From positions 341,372,001-341,436,000 of the forward strand of contig OZ024740.1 of assembly GCA_964016885.1 (NCBI GenBank): a stretch of 64,000 nt of DNA, given 5' to 3'. Shown here in pieces: positions 44,538-59,983 of the stretch. Made by a program: the position numbers and the translations under genes. The notes beneath the pieces were generated by a model. The model was not told the DNA's origin. It was given only the letters and a program-made list of their open reading frames with translations, and ran no database searches. This stretch comes from Eledone cirrhosa (lineage: Eukaryota). Within the stretch, counting starts at the first letter, position 1, and every line of letters starts with the position of its first letter.

Positions 44538-44685
44538 TGAAATCCCGCTGAGGTTAACTTTGCCTTTCATCTTTACGGGGTTGATAAAATAAAGTACCAG
44601 TAATGTACTGGGTAATTGCTGGCCTTGTGCCAAAAGTAGAAACAATTATTCGCTGGCCTTGTGCCAAAAGTAGAAACAATTATTT
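44538..44685 (+). mobile_element. 5'-truncated Nin/Deu SINE with a duplicated 3' tail
   Basis: Core motif plus GCTGGCCTTGTGCCAAAAGTAGAAACAATTATT twice. Confidence 0.8.
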
Positions 44686-46062
44686 TGCAATATAAGCTAA
44701 GAAAATATATTTAAATACATAACTATGTAAAAAAAAGAAAAGAGTACTGGACATATTCAAATGATCAAAATAAAGCAATTTCTAGTGAAATTTGTTAATA
44801 CAAACCTCTTTCTGTAGAAGTATGAGGCAATAACTGTCAGCTACCTTTGTTGTTGTTGTCATTTTTGAAAAGATGATACCATAACTGTATCAGTTCTAAA
44901 AGTCAAATTTACATTGATATATTTATTTTAACAGATTTATATCTCTCACTAGATTGTTGACTGATGTTAGACTCATTGGACATATGTTTCCTTTCAGTCA
45001 TGAAAGGGATAATATAACAAAATCTTGATACCTATTCAAGATGCATGATAGGGTTACATGAATAGGTGTGTATCAGGACTAGAACCACAGGACAAGAACC
45101 ACAGGACAAAAATGTGCTGTATATGACATAGTGGGACTCTAGAATAGTGACATGCATGCATACACACACGCATGCAGCGTGCAGTTGTCATACATTGTAA
45201 ATGGATCTTCCACTAGTTTTCATGAATATTCTAGTTCTTCAATCAATAAGTTGAGTATTCCACAGATGCTTGAATTACTGGTATAGTCCATCCAAAGGAC
45301 TTCCATATTATGTCAGTTTCACTTAGAAGACTTGAGTTGATTAAGATGCTATGCACTTTGATCAAACTCAGGACTTCATAATTGCAAAGCAAACTTCTGA
45401 ACCATTTAGTTATTCCTGCACCTTCTATACACTAGATGCAGTGACACACACAAAAGCTATAATAGTAGACAAGAAGACAATGTCATTGATTATAACATTA
45501 GCACATTGTCACAGTAATTAGTCGATGTCATGATAGTCACTATGTCTTGTATTATTGACTATCAGGAGTTTTATTTTCATGTTGAATAAGAGAGGAAAGG
45601 GCTGTATCCATAGCCTCTTTGACTGGTTGGGTGGAGAAAAAGAGGTATCTTGGGACCAGGTCCAAATGCTTTGAACACAAGAAACTTCACTAAAGTCATC
45701 TAAGAACTAGGTGGTTGTGTTAAACAAACCAATTGATTACATCTCCCACCAGAATTTGAACTCATGAGGCAAAGAGCTGGAACAAATATCACAGAACTTC
45801 TCATCTGACACTTTAACAATTTTGCCAAGCCACTGCTCTGGACTGGTACTTTATTTTATCGACCCTGAGAGGATAAGAGGCAAAGTTGATTTCAATGGAG
45901 CTTTAACTTAGAGCACAGGAAGCTCGAACAAATACCACAATTTTGTTCTAGGTTTGAATAATTCTGCCAATTTGTTGCCTTTGTTTTATTTTTTGTTAAT
46001 TGTTTCATACAGAACTTATTGATGATATTGTTGACTAAAACAATCTTTGTTTATTTTTATAG

Positions 46063-46090
46063 CTTTTGGAGGAACATGAAGTGGAGCAAG
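46063..46090 (+). CDS. RNF31: RNF31/HOIP-like coding exon 5 (28-nt microexon, LLEEHEVEQ-G)
   Basis: TTTTTATAG| and G|GTTGGT; supplies the phase 0 to 1 shift needed between exons 4 and 6. Confidence 0.65.
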
Positions 46091-46770
46091 GTTGGTCATG
46101 TCTAAATTATTTTTCCTCATGTATTCTTTTTTGCATCTTTGTCTTCTCTTAGCAGTATTTCTTCTAAAATATTTGATATTATGATTGTGTCAAAGATAAA
46201 AGTGAAAACTGATACAATTGATCAAGACCCACTCAATAGTGGGAATACCACAACTAAAAGATAAAGAAATAAATATATATTTTATACTTAGATCTACTTG
46301 TAGTCATGTTTGGTTAAAGAATATTCTCTTGTGACATGAAACCTTTTACTTATGCCTTTTCCCCATTGCTTTTATTTTAAAGAAACTATTTTCAAAGAAA
46401 ACCTGGATGAATTTTAGCTTAATAAGCTTAACAAGATTGTCTCATAATCTATATAACATGTACATTTACTTTCATGTCACTCATATATCATCATTACATT
46501 AATACAGTATGATTACGCACTTCTAGATAATATTTCTGCTTAATCTATCAACTTACTCATCTGTACTTATTGTAGAAGTCTAAAATAAAGTTCCATATGG
46601 ATCAGAAGTCTTGTATCACTAAAAAATATTTTATTTTGAGAAGATATATAGTATATATAAAGATTGTTAACTTTCTTTAGTAATCAATATTTCCTATTTT
46701 ACTTGATTCTGCCACAATCCAGATTTTATGTTATTTACCTGTGATATAAAATTATTTTATTTTCTATTAG

Positions 46771-46921
46771 GGTGTAGCATTTGTGGCCAACCAAAACCTA
46801 ACATGACTTGCTCATCTTGTGAAGATAAGCAAATGTGCATTAGTTGCGATGCTACTTGGCATTCACATCCAAAGCGTCTTGACCATGTACGTTCTCCAAC
46901 AAAAGATGTTCCACAAGCAAG
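46771..46921 (+). CDS. RNF31: RNF31/HOIP-like coding exon 6 (B-box zinc finger)
   Basis: CSICGQPKPNMTCSSCEDKQMCISCDATWHSHPKRLDHVR matches the HOIP/LUBEL-type B-box (CD..xHxHPxRxxHxR); TTAG| and |GTAAAT; phase 1 to 2. Confidence 0.9.
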
Positions 46922-47656
46922 GTAAATACTAATTTATATTCAGATGGCTTAACTCTTAACATCCTGTATTGAGTTAGTAGAAAATATCTAAAAACAGCTT
47001 TGTTAATTGAAATGTTTACAGTATCTTTACTAATAGGGAGATCATTGTGAAAATCTGCAGTAAACTAAAAAAAATCTGATGCAGTCATAATGTCTTGTGT
47101 ACTTTCCAATAATGTTTTGCTCAAGTAGGTTCATGTAGTGAGGGTGTTAAGAATTAAAGACAGAATCTGGTAACTTAGAAATAGAAATAATATGCCTGTA
47201 AATTGAAAAAATGAAAAACATCTTCATTGGATTTTCATCATGTCTTCCTGATTCTGCCATCTTTCATGCGCATCCCATGTTCATACCAACACAATCTTCT
47301 CTCTTGCACACTACATCCAATTCCTCTTATGCCAAAGTTTTTTCTCAGTTTGCTTTAATTCTTAGAGATGTTTGTCTAGAAATATGTCAATGTTATTCCA
47401 TGAATATATTAAATAAGATATGGTTTTTAGCTGTTTACATACAGGCTTATGATTATCTTAATAAATTTGGATATTTGCATATGAATTGATGGGGCAAATG
47501 TTTTTGTACTATAGACTGGTTGTGATGAAGCAATATGTTGAGCTTGGGAGTATAGGTGGAGTAATAGGCATTGAAATATATTTTCATAACAATTTATATA
47601 ACATTACTGAAACTGTTGACCCAGCAGGATCTCTGTCTTTATTTTCTTTCCTCCAG

Positions 47657-47711
47657 CTATTTACATGGAAAATCAAGCTTTCATCAACCATCAGACCAAC
47701 TCTCTACACAA
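47657..47711 (+). CDS. RNF31: RNF31/HOIP-like coding exon 7 (55 nt)
   Basis: TTTCCTCCAG| and |GTATGT; phase 2 to 0 bridges exons 6 and 8; encodes SYLHGKSSFHQPSDQLSTQ. Confidence 0.72.
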
Positions 47712-49432
47712 GTATGTTACTTTTTACATTCTAACTCTAGTTATCGAGTATGGATTTATGTTTAATCAAGACTCCTTTATTTTTAGATAAATTTCCTTCC
47801 AAATTAAGCTCACCATGAAACTGTAATTATATGTAGTAGCAGTAGTAACACTACTACTAATAGTAGTGAAGGTGGTAGTTTAACTTTATGCAACAATAAT
47901 AAGTGAAGTCCTTTGTGATTGATAGTGTTGCTGGCCTGATACAGAGAGTGAATGGAATCTGATACCCTCAGTATTAGTAACGATGCATTTCCTTTTTTTT
48001 AGATTTGATTAAGTCTTGTAGAAAATTGGTATTTAGAGTAATGTAGCAAATCAATATAGAATGTAGACTAATAGAAACTGATTTTATTCTGTAAAAGATA
48101 CCTAATGGATGATATTGTTAGTTGCTATTAGTATTGACTGATCATCATCATCATCATCATTTAACGTCAATGATGATGATGATGATGATGATAAAAAAAA
48201 GCTTTGGTTTCAACATTACAAACTGTTAGTTCAGGTTAAATGATAATTCTCGAATAGCAATCCTAGTAATCTCCCAAAAGGTAGTTAAATGCTCATGTAA
48301 TGACTAGTAGCATACAATTGAGTAAAGTGCCCCTTGACTAAGTGTTATAAAATTCAGCTCGGTTTACTGAAATGTAAAGCAAGAAAAATTTTGTGTGTGT
48401 ATGTACATGTGTGTACATGCAGGTATGTGTGTGCATGTGTATACTTGTGCATCCATACGAGTCTGTATACATTCATGTATGTCTGTGAGTCTGCAGGGTG
48501 TATGTCCTTTACAAGTTAGTGTGTATGGCATACATCCATACAGGTTTGTTTCTATAAAGGTAAAGTGTGCCAATCCAGCAAATGTGTGTTTTTATTATGA
48601 TAATGAACTGGAAAATATAGAAGTGGTTCATCTACTTTTTAATACCAGAGAAAGTAAAGGAACACTAGCTGTTCATTTTATAGATCACTGATGTGGAAAA
48701 TATGCAGTAGATAATGTAGAATGCAGCTTAATAGAAACAAATTTTATTTTGTGGAAAACCATTTCCTACTTAACATTAGAATTTACTGAGTCTAGCTTTT
48801 GTAGCAAAAAGAATATTGTATATGGTAAAGAGCCTTCTGATTTTAATACTACAAAATTCTGGTTAAACAGGCCTAATAATCTTAAAGAGGGGAGGAGGCA
48901 GTGTTAATGAAATGACTGGTAGCAGATGATTGGGGGGAAGTTATCATTCTTAAAAATATGTAAAAGAATGCTCAGTTGACTGGGTTGTAATGCAAAAAAA
49001 GTTTTAAGTGTTTGTGTCCATGTTCATCAAGTGAATCTGTAGTGTGTGTGTGTGTCCTTTCATACAAAGGAATGTGTATAAATGGTGTATATGTCAAGTA
49101 AGCTTAGATGGTGTCTGCATGTGCATATAAGTGAGTGTGTGTTAATGCATGTGTAATGACCCAGCTAATAAGGGCTTCTATTATGAAAATGTAGCAAAAT
49201 GGGTTGTTTACGCTGGAGTGCCAAAGAAAATAAAGGCATACTAATCGTTCATTGCTTGATGATTAAAACCTATTTACCTGTCTACAAAAAACTAAATCAT
49301 GATGTAGCATAACTCAATGAAATTTTTACCTTAACATGAAGTAATCACTATAGTCTCATTTGTAAATTCAAATATTATGATATAGAAGGATATTTATAGC
49401 ATAACACAGATGAAAATTAAAACACTAAGAAA

Positions 49433-49621
49433 AATAATTGTTTCTACTTTTGGCACAAGGCCAGCAATTATCCCAGCGTATTACTGGTACTTTATGTTAT
49501 CGACCCCGTAAGGATGAAAGGCAAAGTTAACCTCGGCGGAATTTGAACTCAGACCATAAAGGGCCGTAACTCTTTGCTGCAAAACATGGCGTCCGACCCT
49601 CTACCGATACTGCCAATCCAT
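49433..49621 (-). mobile_element. Full-length Nin/Deu SINE with apparent target-site duplication
   Basis: Reverse-complement SINE; AAACACTAAGAAAAATAAT occurs on both sides (~49420 and ~49628). Confidence 0.85.
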
Positions 49622-49746
49622 CAACCTCAACACTAAGAAAAATAATGTAAAATAAAAAGTCAAGTTAATGATTTTTCTTTTAAAATGTTATATTTTGTCA
49701 TGGTTTTTTATTGAATAACTATTTCACCAATGGCTTCTTCTTTCAG

Positions 49747-50565
49747 AAACAATATAAAGATGCTATAGAGATGGATCCAAGTAAACTTGAATGCATTCTA
49801 GATGATTTAAGCAATACACTACAGAGTATGGAAGAGGATGAGAATTTCAATGCAAAAAAGATGGAATTGTTGCGCAAACGCAATATTTTCTTAAATGTCT
49901 ATATGAAGAAGGTTGATAAAGAACTACAAACCCTAAGTCACCATATTGATAATGTTGATCGACATATCCAAACTCTTGTGCTAGATGACAAGGATTTTTA
50001 TGAACGCAAAGAATATGTTGCCCTTACTGAAGACAAACAGTTCATACAAAAAAAAATATCTGAACGGCAGGAGCAACAAAAATATATGCTTTTAAGACAC
50101 AAGTGTGCGAAACCATTTGCTAATCATGCATTAAGTCAACAAGAATATGGCTATATGTCAGACTCTCAGTTCAATCGAGATAACCACACTACCATAGTTT
50201 CTCCTACCTATAGTAATAGGGAGAAAAATAAACTTTTAGTGACGATGAGTGAAAGTTTGGTTTATTCAGATATGCATATCTCTGTACCACCTGACTCTAA
50301 TATCTTTGAAAATTATGAACATTTGGTGAGAAAATCTCCCCAGAAACCTTTAACACCGCATTTCTCAAATTATCCTGATGAGGATTTTGGACAATACCAA
50401 TGGAAATGCTTTATATGTAACCATAAAAATAATCTAGAAAATGAAAAATGTTTTAATTGTGGTAATTGGAAAGAATTTAGAAATAGAAAAGACACATCTT
50501 CTTTTAGTGAAGCAAATGAAAATATATCCACCACTTTTCAAACTGTAGCTGCTGAACAAGATCAA
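49747..50565 (+). CDS. RNF31: RNF31/HOIP-like coding exon 8 (coiled coil + RanBP2/NZF zinc finger)
   Basis: TTTCAG| and |GTAAGT; 819 nt open in phase 0. Heptad-like helical region followed by WKCFICNHKNNLENEKCFNCG (W-x-C-x2-C-x3-N-x6-C-x2-C). Confidence 0.88.
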
Positions 50566-51604
50566 GTAAGTAAAAATCATTTTCATTACTTTTGTAAAGC
50601 AGTATTTATCATTTGTCAATGTTATTAATTTGAGTAAACACTACTGAAGTTTAATCCCATACAATAGATCAAAGATTCCCAAACTCTTTTTCTCATAGAA
50701 CCCTTATATGATTTTCCAAAAATCATGGAACCTGTACCTTAGGGTGTTGCATATTTATAGGGAAATTTTTTTTTGTTGGAGTCACCTCATGTCAATTGTG
50801 CCCTGAATTCATTTCACATAAAAGTTACACAATGAGATATGAATATATTTAGGGGTTGTACAGTTTGGTGCTTTTTAGATGCTATACAAAACCTTAACTT
50901 CAACACTTGTTGATTATAGCTAGGCTGCATTTTTTGTCCGTTTTGGATTGTGTACATGCAAGAGACATTTCTACCTTTTATAGGATCCTAAATGAAAAAG
51001 AAATGAATCATAAACTAAGTATGTAGAAATAATTTTACATCGGTGATTTGTTTTCATTGTTCGTATAAAGAAGTATTTGGTATCACCTTCATGAGGTGAG
51101 ATTTTTTATATTTGTTTTGATAATTCAGCAAGATAATCAATTAACACAAAGGTTCTAATGCAAGGTTCATTGCATTGTTGATGAGTGGTAAACACTGGCT
51201 TTTGTCAAGTTCCATCCATTACAAAATAAGTTTCATCTCTTTTGCATTTCATAGCCTGAATGGGTTCCAGAAATGTGAAAACTCAAAGGCTCATTAAAAT
51301 AAAATTTATGGATTGATTTTGCTTTTCATCTTTCACAGAGAATTAAAAAAATGGAAACCAGAAAGGCCATTTAGCTGCATGAGAGAAAGCCCGACCTAGA
51401 AGCAGTTAACTCAGATTCAACTCCCCTCCAAACAACAAGGGCTCTTGTGATTTCTCTACCATTGAACTCGGGGAGATAATTTCATTGCCATAAAAAACAC
51501 ATTAGTCAGAAGATTCAGGAAGTGTGGGGAAAAAACGTCTGCATTTCAATCGAGAAATTGTATGAGTTTCATCATCATACGTCCGTTTTTCCATGCTTGG
51601 ACCC

Positions 51605-51666
<62 letters not shown>

Positions 51667-51669
<3 letters not shown>

Positions 51670-51995
51670 GCACATGGCTTAGTGGTTAGAGCATTGGCCT
51701 TGCAATCAAAAGGTTGTGAGTTCAATTCTCAGACCAGGTGATGTGTTGTTTCCTTGAGCAAGACACTTTATTTCATATTTACTCAGCTGTAGAAATGAGA
51801 TGATAGGGACTGGGGTCCATATCATTCCACTGCAAAGTGGCCGTGGAGGTGCCATGGCAAAAAAGCACCCAGCACTCACTCTAAATGAGGTTGGTGTTAG
51901 GAAGGGCATCCAGCTGTAGAAATCAACCCAGAATCAGTTCCCGTCCCACCCTTGCAAGCAGAGAAAAGCGGACGTATGAGGATGATGATGATGAT
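51667..51995 (+). mobile_element. Full-length tRNA-derived CORE-type SINE with RTE-derived 3' tail and (GAT)n end, inside a TA array
   Basis: A box TGGCTTAGTGG, B box GAGTTCAATTCTC, CORE-like CCTTGAGCAAGACACTTTATTTCA; tail matches the RTE family A 3' UTR. Confidence 0.85.
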
Positions 51996-51998
51996 GTA

Positions 51999-52035
<37 letters not shown>

Positions 52036-52173
52036 CCAAAGATTAATATGGTTCATTGATTACTCAATGAATATGGTTTTACAATAAATTAAAAGCACTC
52101 TACAGGAAGTTTTCTGGAGTTATTAGTATTCAGAATAATAATAAATGAAGACATTCACATAATCAAATATATA

Positions 52174-52235
52174 TTTTATTATATATATTTCGAAGGTACT
52201 GTGGTGTTTTTTCAGTACGTCCTCGTCAGATAAAA
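52174..52235 (-). ncRNA. Type I hammerhead ribozyme motif
   Basis: Minus strand: TTTTAT-CTGACGA-GGACGTACTG-(11 nt)-CAGTACCTTC-GAAA-TATATA-TA-ATAAAA; 6-bp helix I, 9/10-bp helix II, AUA triplet. Confidence 0.7.
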
Positions 52236-52283
52236 ATACATTAATTGATGTATGACATCCCTCAACGGTCTATTGGCAGTAAG

Positions 52284-53794
<1,511 letters not shown>

Positions 53795-54575
53795 CCTCAG
53801 GAGGAAAATATGGAAACTAAAGGACCCCACAGCCAGAAATAAATTTCAAAGCATATTACTTGATGCTTTCGACAGTAAGGAAGAGCATCTAGAATCGGAC
53901 AATATAGAGGGACAGTGGAAATTTCTGAAAGCAAACCTGCTGTTGGCGACAGACGAAGTCTGTGGCTGGAGCAGGCCTGTAGGCAGGAGGAGAGTAACAT
54001 GGTGGTGGAACAATAGGGTGGAGGGGTCAATTAAGGCCAAAAAGCAGGCTTGGAAAGTATGGCGGGATGGGGGAAGTAGAGAAGACTATCAAATGGCCAG
54101 GAGGGAAGCTAGGAGACAAGTGTACTTAGCAAGAAGGGAAGCAGAGGAAAGAAAGTTCAAGCATGTTCTACAACGCGAGGACCAAAAACGTGAGGTGTTC
54201 AGGATTGCTAGGCAATGCGTCAAGGAAAACCGTGATATTGTCGGGGAGAAGTGTGTACTAAACGATGATGGCACACTTGCCATCACCGACGCTGATAAGA
54301 AGGTAGCTTGGAAGTGTCACTATGAAAGGCTACTAAATGAGGAGAATAAATGGGAGAAAGACAGTCTCCCCCATATCGACCCAATAGAGGGACCAGCAGT
54401 GTTAGTCGAGAGGAGTATAATAAGTAAGGCAATCAAGGATATGAAGACGGGTAAGGCGGCTGGGCCTTCGGAAATAGTTGCTGAGATGCTGAAGGCATCT
54501 GGCACGGTGGGACACACCATGGTCACCCGCATAGTTAACCAAGTCGTACAGAATGGGGTTGTTCCGAAGGACTGG
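53795..54575 (+). mobile_element. Internal RTE ORF fragment (linker to RT start), open, lacking both ends
   Basis: ATDEVCGWSR...VTWWWNN...KAIKDMKTGKAAGPS...VPKDW; homologous to but diverged from family A. Confidence 0.9.
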
Positions 54576-54594
54576 CATATATATGTATGTATGT

Positions 54595-55889
54595 ATCATC
54601 ATCATCATCATCATCAGGTTTAGCGTCCATGTTCCACGCTTGCATGGGTTTGGACGGGGGTTTTCCCACTTGAGGCAAGAGTGGTTGTCTTGCTCGCATA
54701 GGACTGTCTGGCGGGTTTTCTACAGCTGGATGCCCTTCCTAACACCAACCACATTTACAGTGTGGGGCTGGGAGGTTTTTACCGTGTTGCCTACACGGCC
54801 ACATTACAGCGTGGACTGTCTGGCGGGTTTTCTACAGCTGGATGCCCTTCCTAACACCAACCACATTTACAGTGTGGGGCTGGGAGGTTTTTACCGTGTT
54901 CCCTACACGGTCACATTTACAGCGTGGACTGTGTGTTTTTTTGTCGTGACACCTACATGATCTCATTTGTTTCGGCCTGGATGTTGTGGGACCAACATAA
55001 CTTTACATTGAAAGGGGCGGTGTGGATGGGGTGGAGGTGGTGGGACGGGGGTGTGTTTTGATAGAGATGCCTACTGACTGTAGTAGGTTTTTACTTTGTA
55101 TTTAGGTAAGGCGGGTCTTCTCTATTACTGAGTACCGCCAAAGGTCTCGGTCCAGTGACATTGTCTTGGAGAGGTGTAAGCGTGTGAGGTCGGAATTTAT
55201 CATGTCGTCCCAGGTTTTTCTGGGTCTGCCTACTCCGTGGCTACCGTCTATCTTTATTGCCCTGCACTTTGTTATACAGCTGTCGTCTTTCATGCGCATC
55301 ACGTGACCGTACCAACGTAACCTTCTCTCGAGTAAACAACATCTGATCCCTCTTATTTCTAATTTTTTCCTTAGTTCGTTTATGCTTAGCCGTTCACGTA
55401 TATTACTATTGCACATCCAGCGGAGCATGCAAGCTTCGTTCCTCTCTAGTCTGCGTATATCCTCTGCACACAATGCCCAGGTCTCACTGCCATGCAGCAT
55501 TGCTGTTCGTATGCAGGCATCGTATAACCTGCCTTTCATTTTTAGGGAGAACCCTCTAGCGGCTAATAGTGGTATAAGCTCTCTGAACTTTTTCCATCCA
55601 GTTCTGACTCTAGCTACTGTACTTTCAGAGCACCCTCCCCCACTGCTGATTTTGTCACCCAGGTAACGGAAGCTGTCCACTATTTCTATAGAACCCTCTG
55701 TGCAATTGAAAAAGCTAGTATTTAGTGGGCACTTGCTGCTACTTATTGCACCAGAGCACCGGCCACATGTAAAATCTATGTTCTTAGTTAGCTTACCTGT
55801 GATCCCACTACATCTTTTATGCACCCATACTTTGCATTTAGGACATAAACTGGAGTTTCTACCTACGCCTTTCCTACACACTGAGCATG
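54595..55889 (-). mobile_element. 5'-truncated RTE family B copy (PHD + C-terminus + 3' UTR with ~110-bp tandem duplication)
   Basis: Peptide [28 protein letters not shown]...CGRC...[11 protein letters not shown]; GGACTGTCTGGCGGG recurs at ~54701 and ~54813; (CAT)n on +. Confidence 0.93.
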
Positions 55890-57530
<1,641 letters not shown>

Positions 57531-58386
57531 ACTTTGAAATGTTTTGGCCAGTATTGGCCCAGGCCATGTCTAACTTAATAGCACCACCTGGCGAAGTCTT
57601 TCAATTCAGGATTTGGGCACCATGGCCCATTCGAGAAGAGAATTACTGTTTGCGGAGACATATCCGGGTGTGGGTGGTTTGTCCGGGATTACTTGGAGGA
57701 ATTTGTCCAAAGACTTCTTGAATTTTGTGTGGTCAGTTTCTGTTTTGACGTGTCCTGGTGTGATGTTGAAGAGAGCAGGGCCGATTGAGGTGAAATAATT
57801 GTGCCGTATTGTTGTTATGAGTTGCGATTTAGATTTTTGAATGGGACGGATAGCACGGGGCCCAAGCCTTGGGTGTATCTTGAAGGCGATGCCAACATCA
57901 TTTGGGCAGTGATGATGGAACATTTTCCACATCATGCAGATAATATAACGCTCACGGCGACGTTGGAGTGAGTAAAGTTTCAGGTTTTCCAATCGACCCC
58001 AGTAGTCAAGGTCAGACATGCCATCTATCTTTTTCGTGATTGCCCTTTGAGGAGCTTCAAGTTTCATGATACTTTGTTTCGTGTGGGGAGACCACAGTGG
58101 ACAACTGTATTCAAGGTGTGGTCGGGCGAAAGTAGAGAAGAGAAGGATAATGGTGCGGGAATCTCTCGACTGGAAGGTTCTGAGGATCCAGGAACACATT
58201 CTGCGGGCCATGTCAACTTTGCTGCTTATATGCGTGGTCCAGCTTATGTTGCTGTCCACGGTTACTCCCAAGTCTCTGATGTTGTTAGATGCCACGAGAG
58301 TTTCCCCGGAGGGAAGAGAATACGGGAGTTTCAGAGCATCCTCTTTTCCAAAGTGGACCAGTTCGAATTTGTCTCTTATATCTCTT
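57531..58386 (-). mobile_element. 5'-truncated CR1-group LINE, intact C-terminal ORF2 and short 3' UTR
   Basis: [14 protein letters not shown]...[14 protein letters not shown]...[10 protein letters not shown]...[20 protein letters not shown]; stop at 57606; TA arrays on both sides. Confidence 0.88.
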
Positions 58387-58601
58387 ATATATGTATATAT
58401 ATGTATATATATATGTATATATATGTATATATATGTATATGTATATATATGTATATATATGTATATATATATGTATATATATTTATATATATGTATATAT
58501 ATATGTATGTATATATATATATGTATGTATATATATATATATGTATGTATATATATATATATGTATGTATATATATATATGTATGTATATATATGTATAT
58601 A

Positions 58602-59900
58602 CAGGGTGTTCGGTATAAATTTGACAGAATAATATTTGGTTGTTTTTTCAGATGTTTTAAATTCATTCATGCCCACTAGGCTTTATTTGAAAGTTTAAAC
58701 CCTCCTTCATTCATATATGTGATGACAATGAGAATGGATGACTGGGAGCCACCTGAATCATGGAAGAGAATAACTTGTATCATGATGATTCGCGCCGGCC
58801 ATCAAAATAAGGAGATTAAGGTCGCTGCTCAATGTTCCCTGAACACTGTAAAAACAATCCGGCATGAACTGGAGAATTGCAATGGAGACTACGAGGCTGT
58901 GGCTAGAAGAAAGAAACATAACAGAAGATGTGATTGCTCTCGCCCAGCAGAATTCATCGAAAATCTACAGAAAAAAGTGTTGGAGGATCCTGGCATCAGA
59001 ATTCGGTCTTTGTCACGTGAATTGAATGTTTCAGCCTCTACTATGAAAATTGCACTCAATGAAGACCTTCGCTACTACTCATACAAGCGTCGCAGAGGTC
59101 AACTTCTCACAGAAAAGGCCTGCGAAAATCGTCTGACAAAGGCGAAGAAACTTCTGAGCAAAGTGAAATATCCTGCTGAAGCACAAACAATCTGGTTCTT
59201 TTCCGATGAGAAAAACTTTTGTCAAGATCAAAAACACAACACGCAGAATAACAGATGACTTGCATACAGTCCAAAGGACACTCCTCGAGTCATGCAGACT
59301 AAATTTTCCCAAACTGTCATGGTTTTTGGATGTGAGTCCTCCGAGGGTGATGTGGTGCCTCCACATTTTTTCAAACAGGGTCTCAGGTTGAATTCAGATG
59401 CCTACGTGGAATTGCTAACCACTGTAGTTAAGCCCTGGATAACAAGGGTAGCCAATAATAGGCCGTATGTATGGCAGCAGGATTCGGCCCCCTGCCACAC
59501 CTCGGGGAAAAGTCAAAAATGGTTGTCAGCCAATTTTTACGACTACACCAGTCCCAATGTTTGGCCTCCGAACTCCCCTGATCTTAACCCGATGGACTAT
59601 TATGTATGGGGCGCTGTAGGGAAAGACACCAATCGCCGTGCCAGTACTACAAAAGCCCAGTTAATCGACAGAATTAAAGTAGTTTTTGAGGGCCTTCCCA
59701 GGGAAAGTGTAAAATCAGCTTGTTCCGGGCCCGGATTGAGGCTGTAATAGACGCTAATGGCGGTTATTTTGAGTAAAACTCTTTGACAATAGTGTAATTT
59801 CCTTGTCCATTGAATTTCTTTTAAATCAAATAAATTTTGTAGATACCAAGCACTTTTTCTTTTTCCTTATGAAACTGTCAATTTTATCCCGAACACCCTG
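58602..59900 (+). mobile_element. Tc1/mariner DD37D (maT/Bmmar1-type) transposon, full length, transposase inactivated
   Basis: TA|CAGGGTGTTCGGTATAAATTTGACAG ... CTGTCAATTTTATCCCGAACACCCTG|TA. Motifs FSDEKNF, WQQDSAPCH and WPPNSPDLNPMD with 37 residues between D2 and D3. In-frame TGA at 59256-59258 and a frameshift near 59725; terminal stop at 59774-59776. Confidence 0.93.
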
Positions 59901-59909
59901 TATATGTAT

Positions 59910-59983
<74 letters not shown>

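Noticed and set aside
51339-51399. Possible further exon after TTTCACAG (ELKKWKPERPFSCMRESPT*)
   Set aside because: The acceptor resembles a decayed Nin-SINE core and all three frames stop quickly; unsupported without transcripts.
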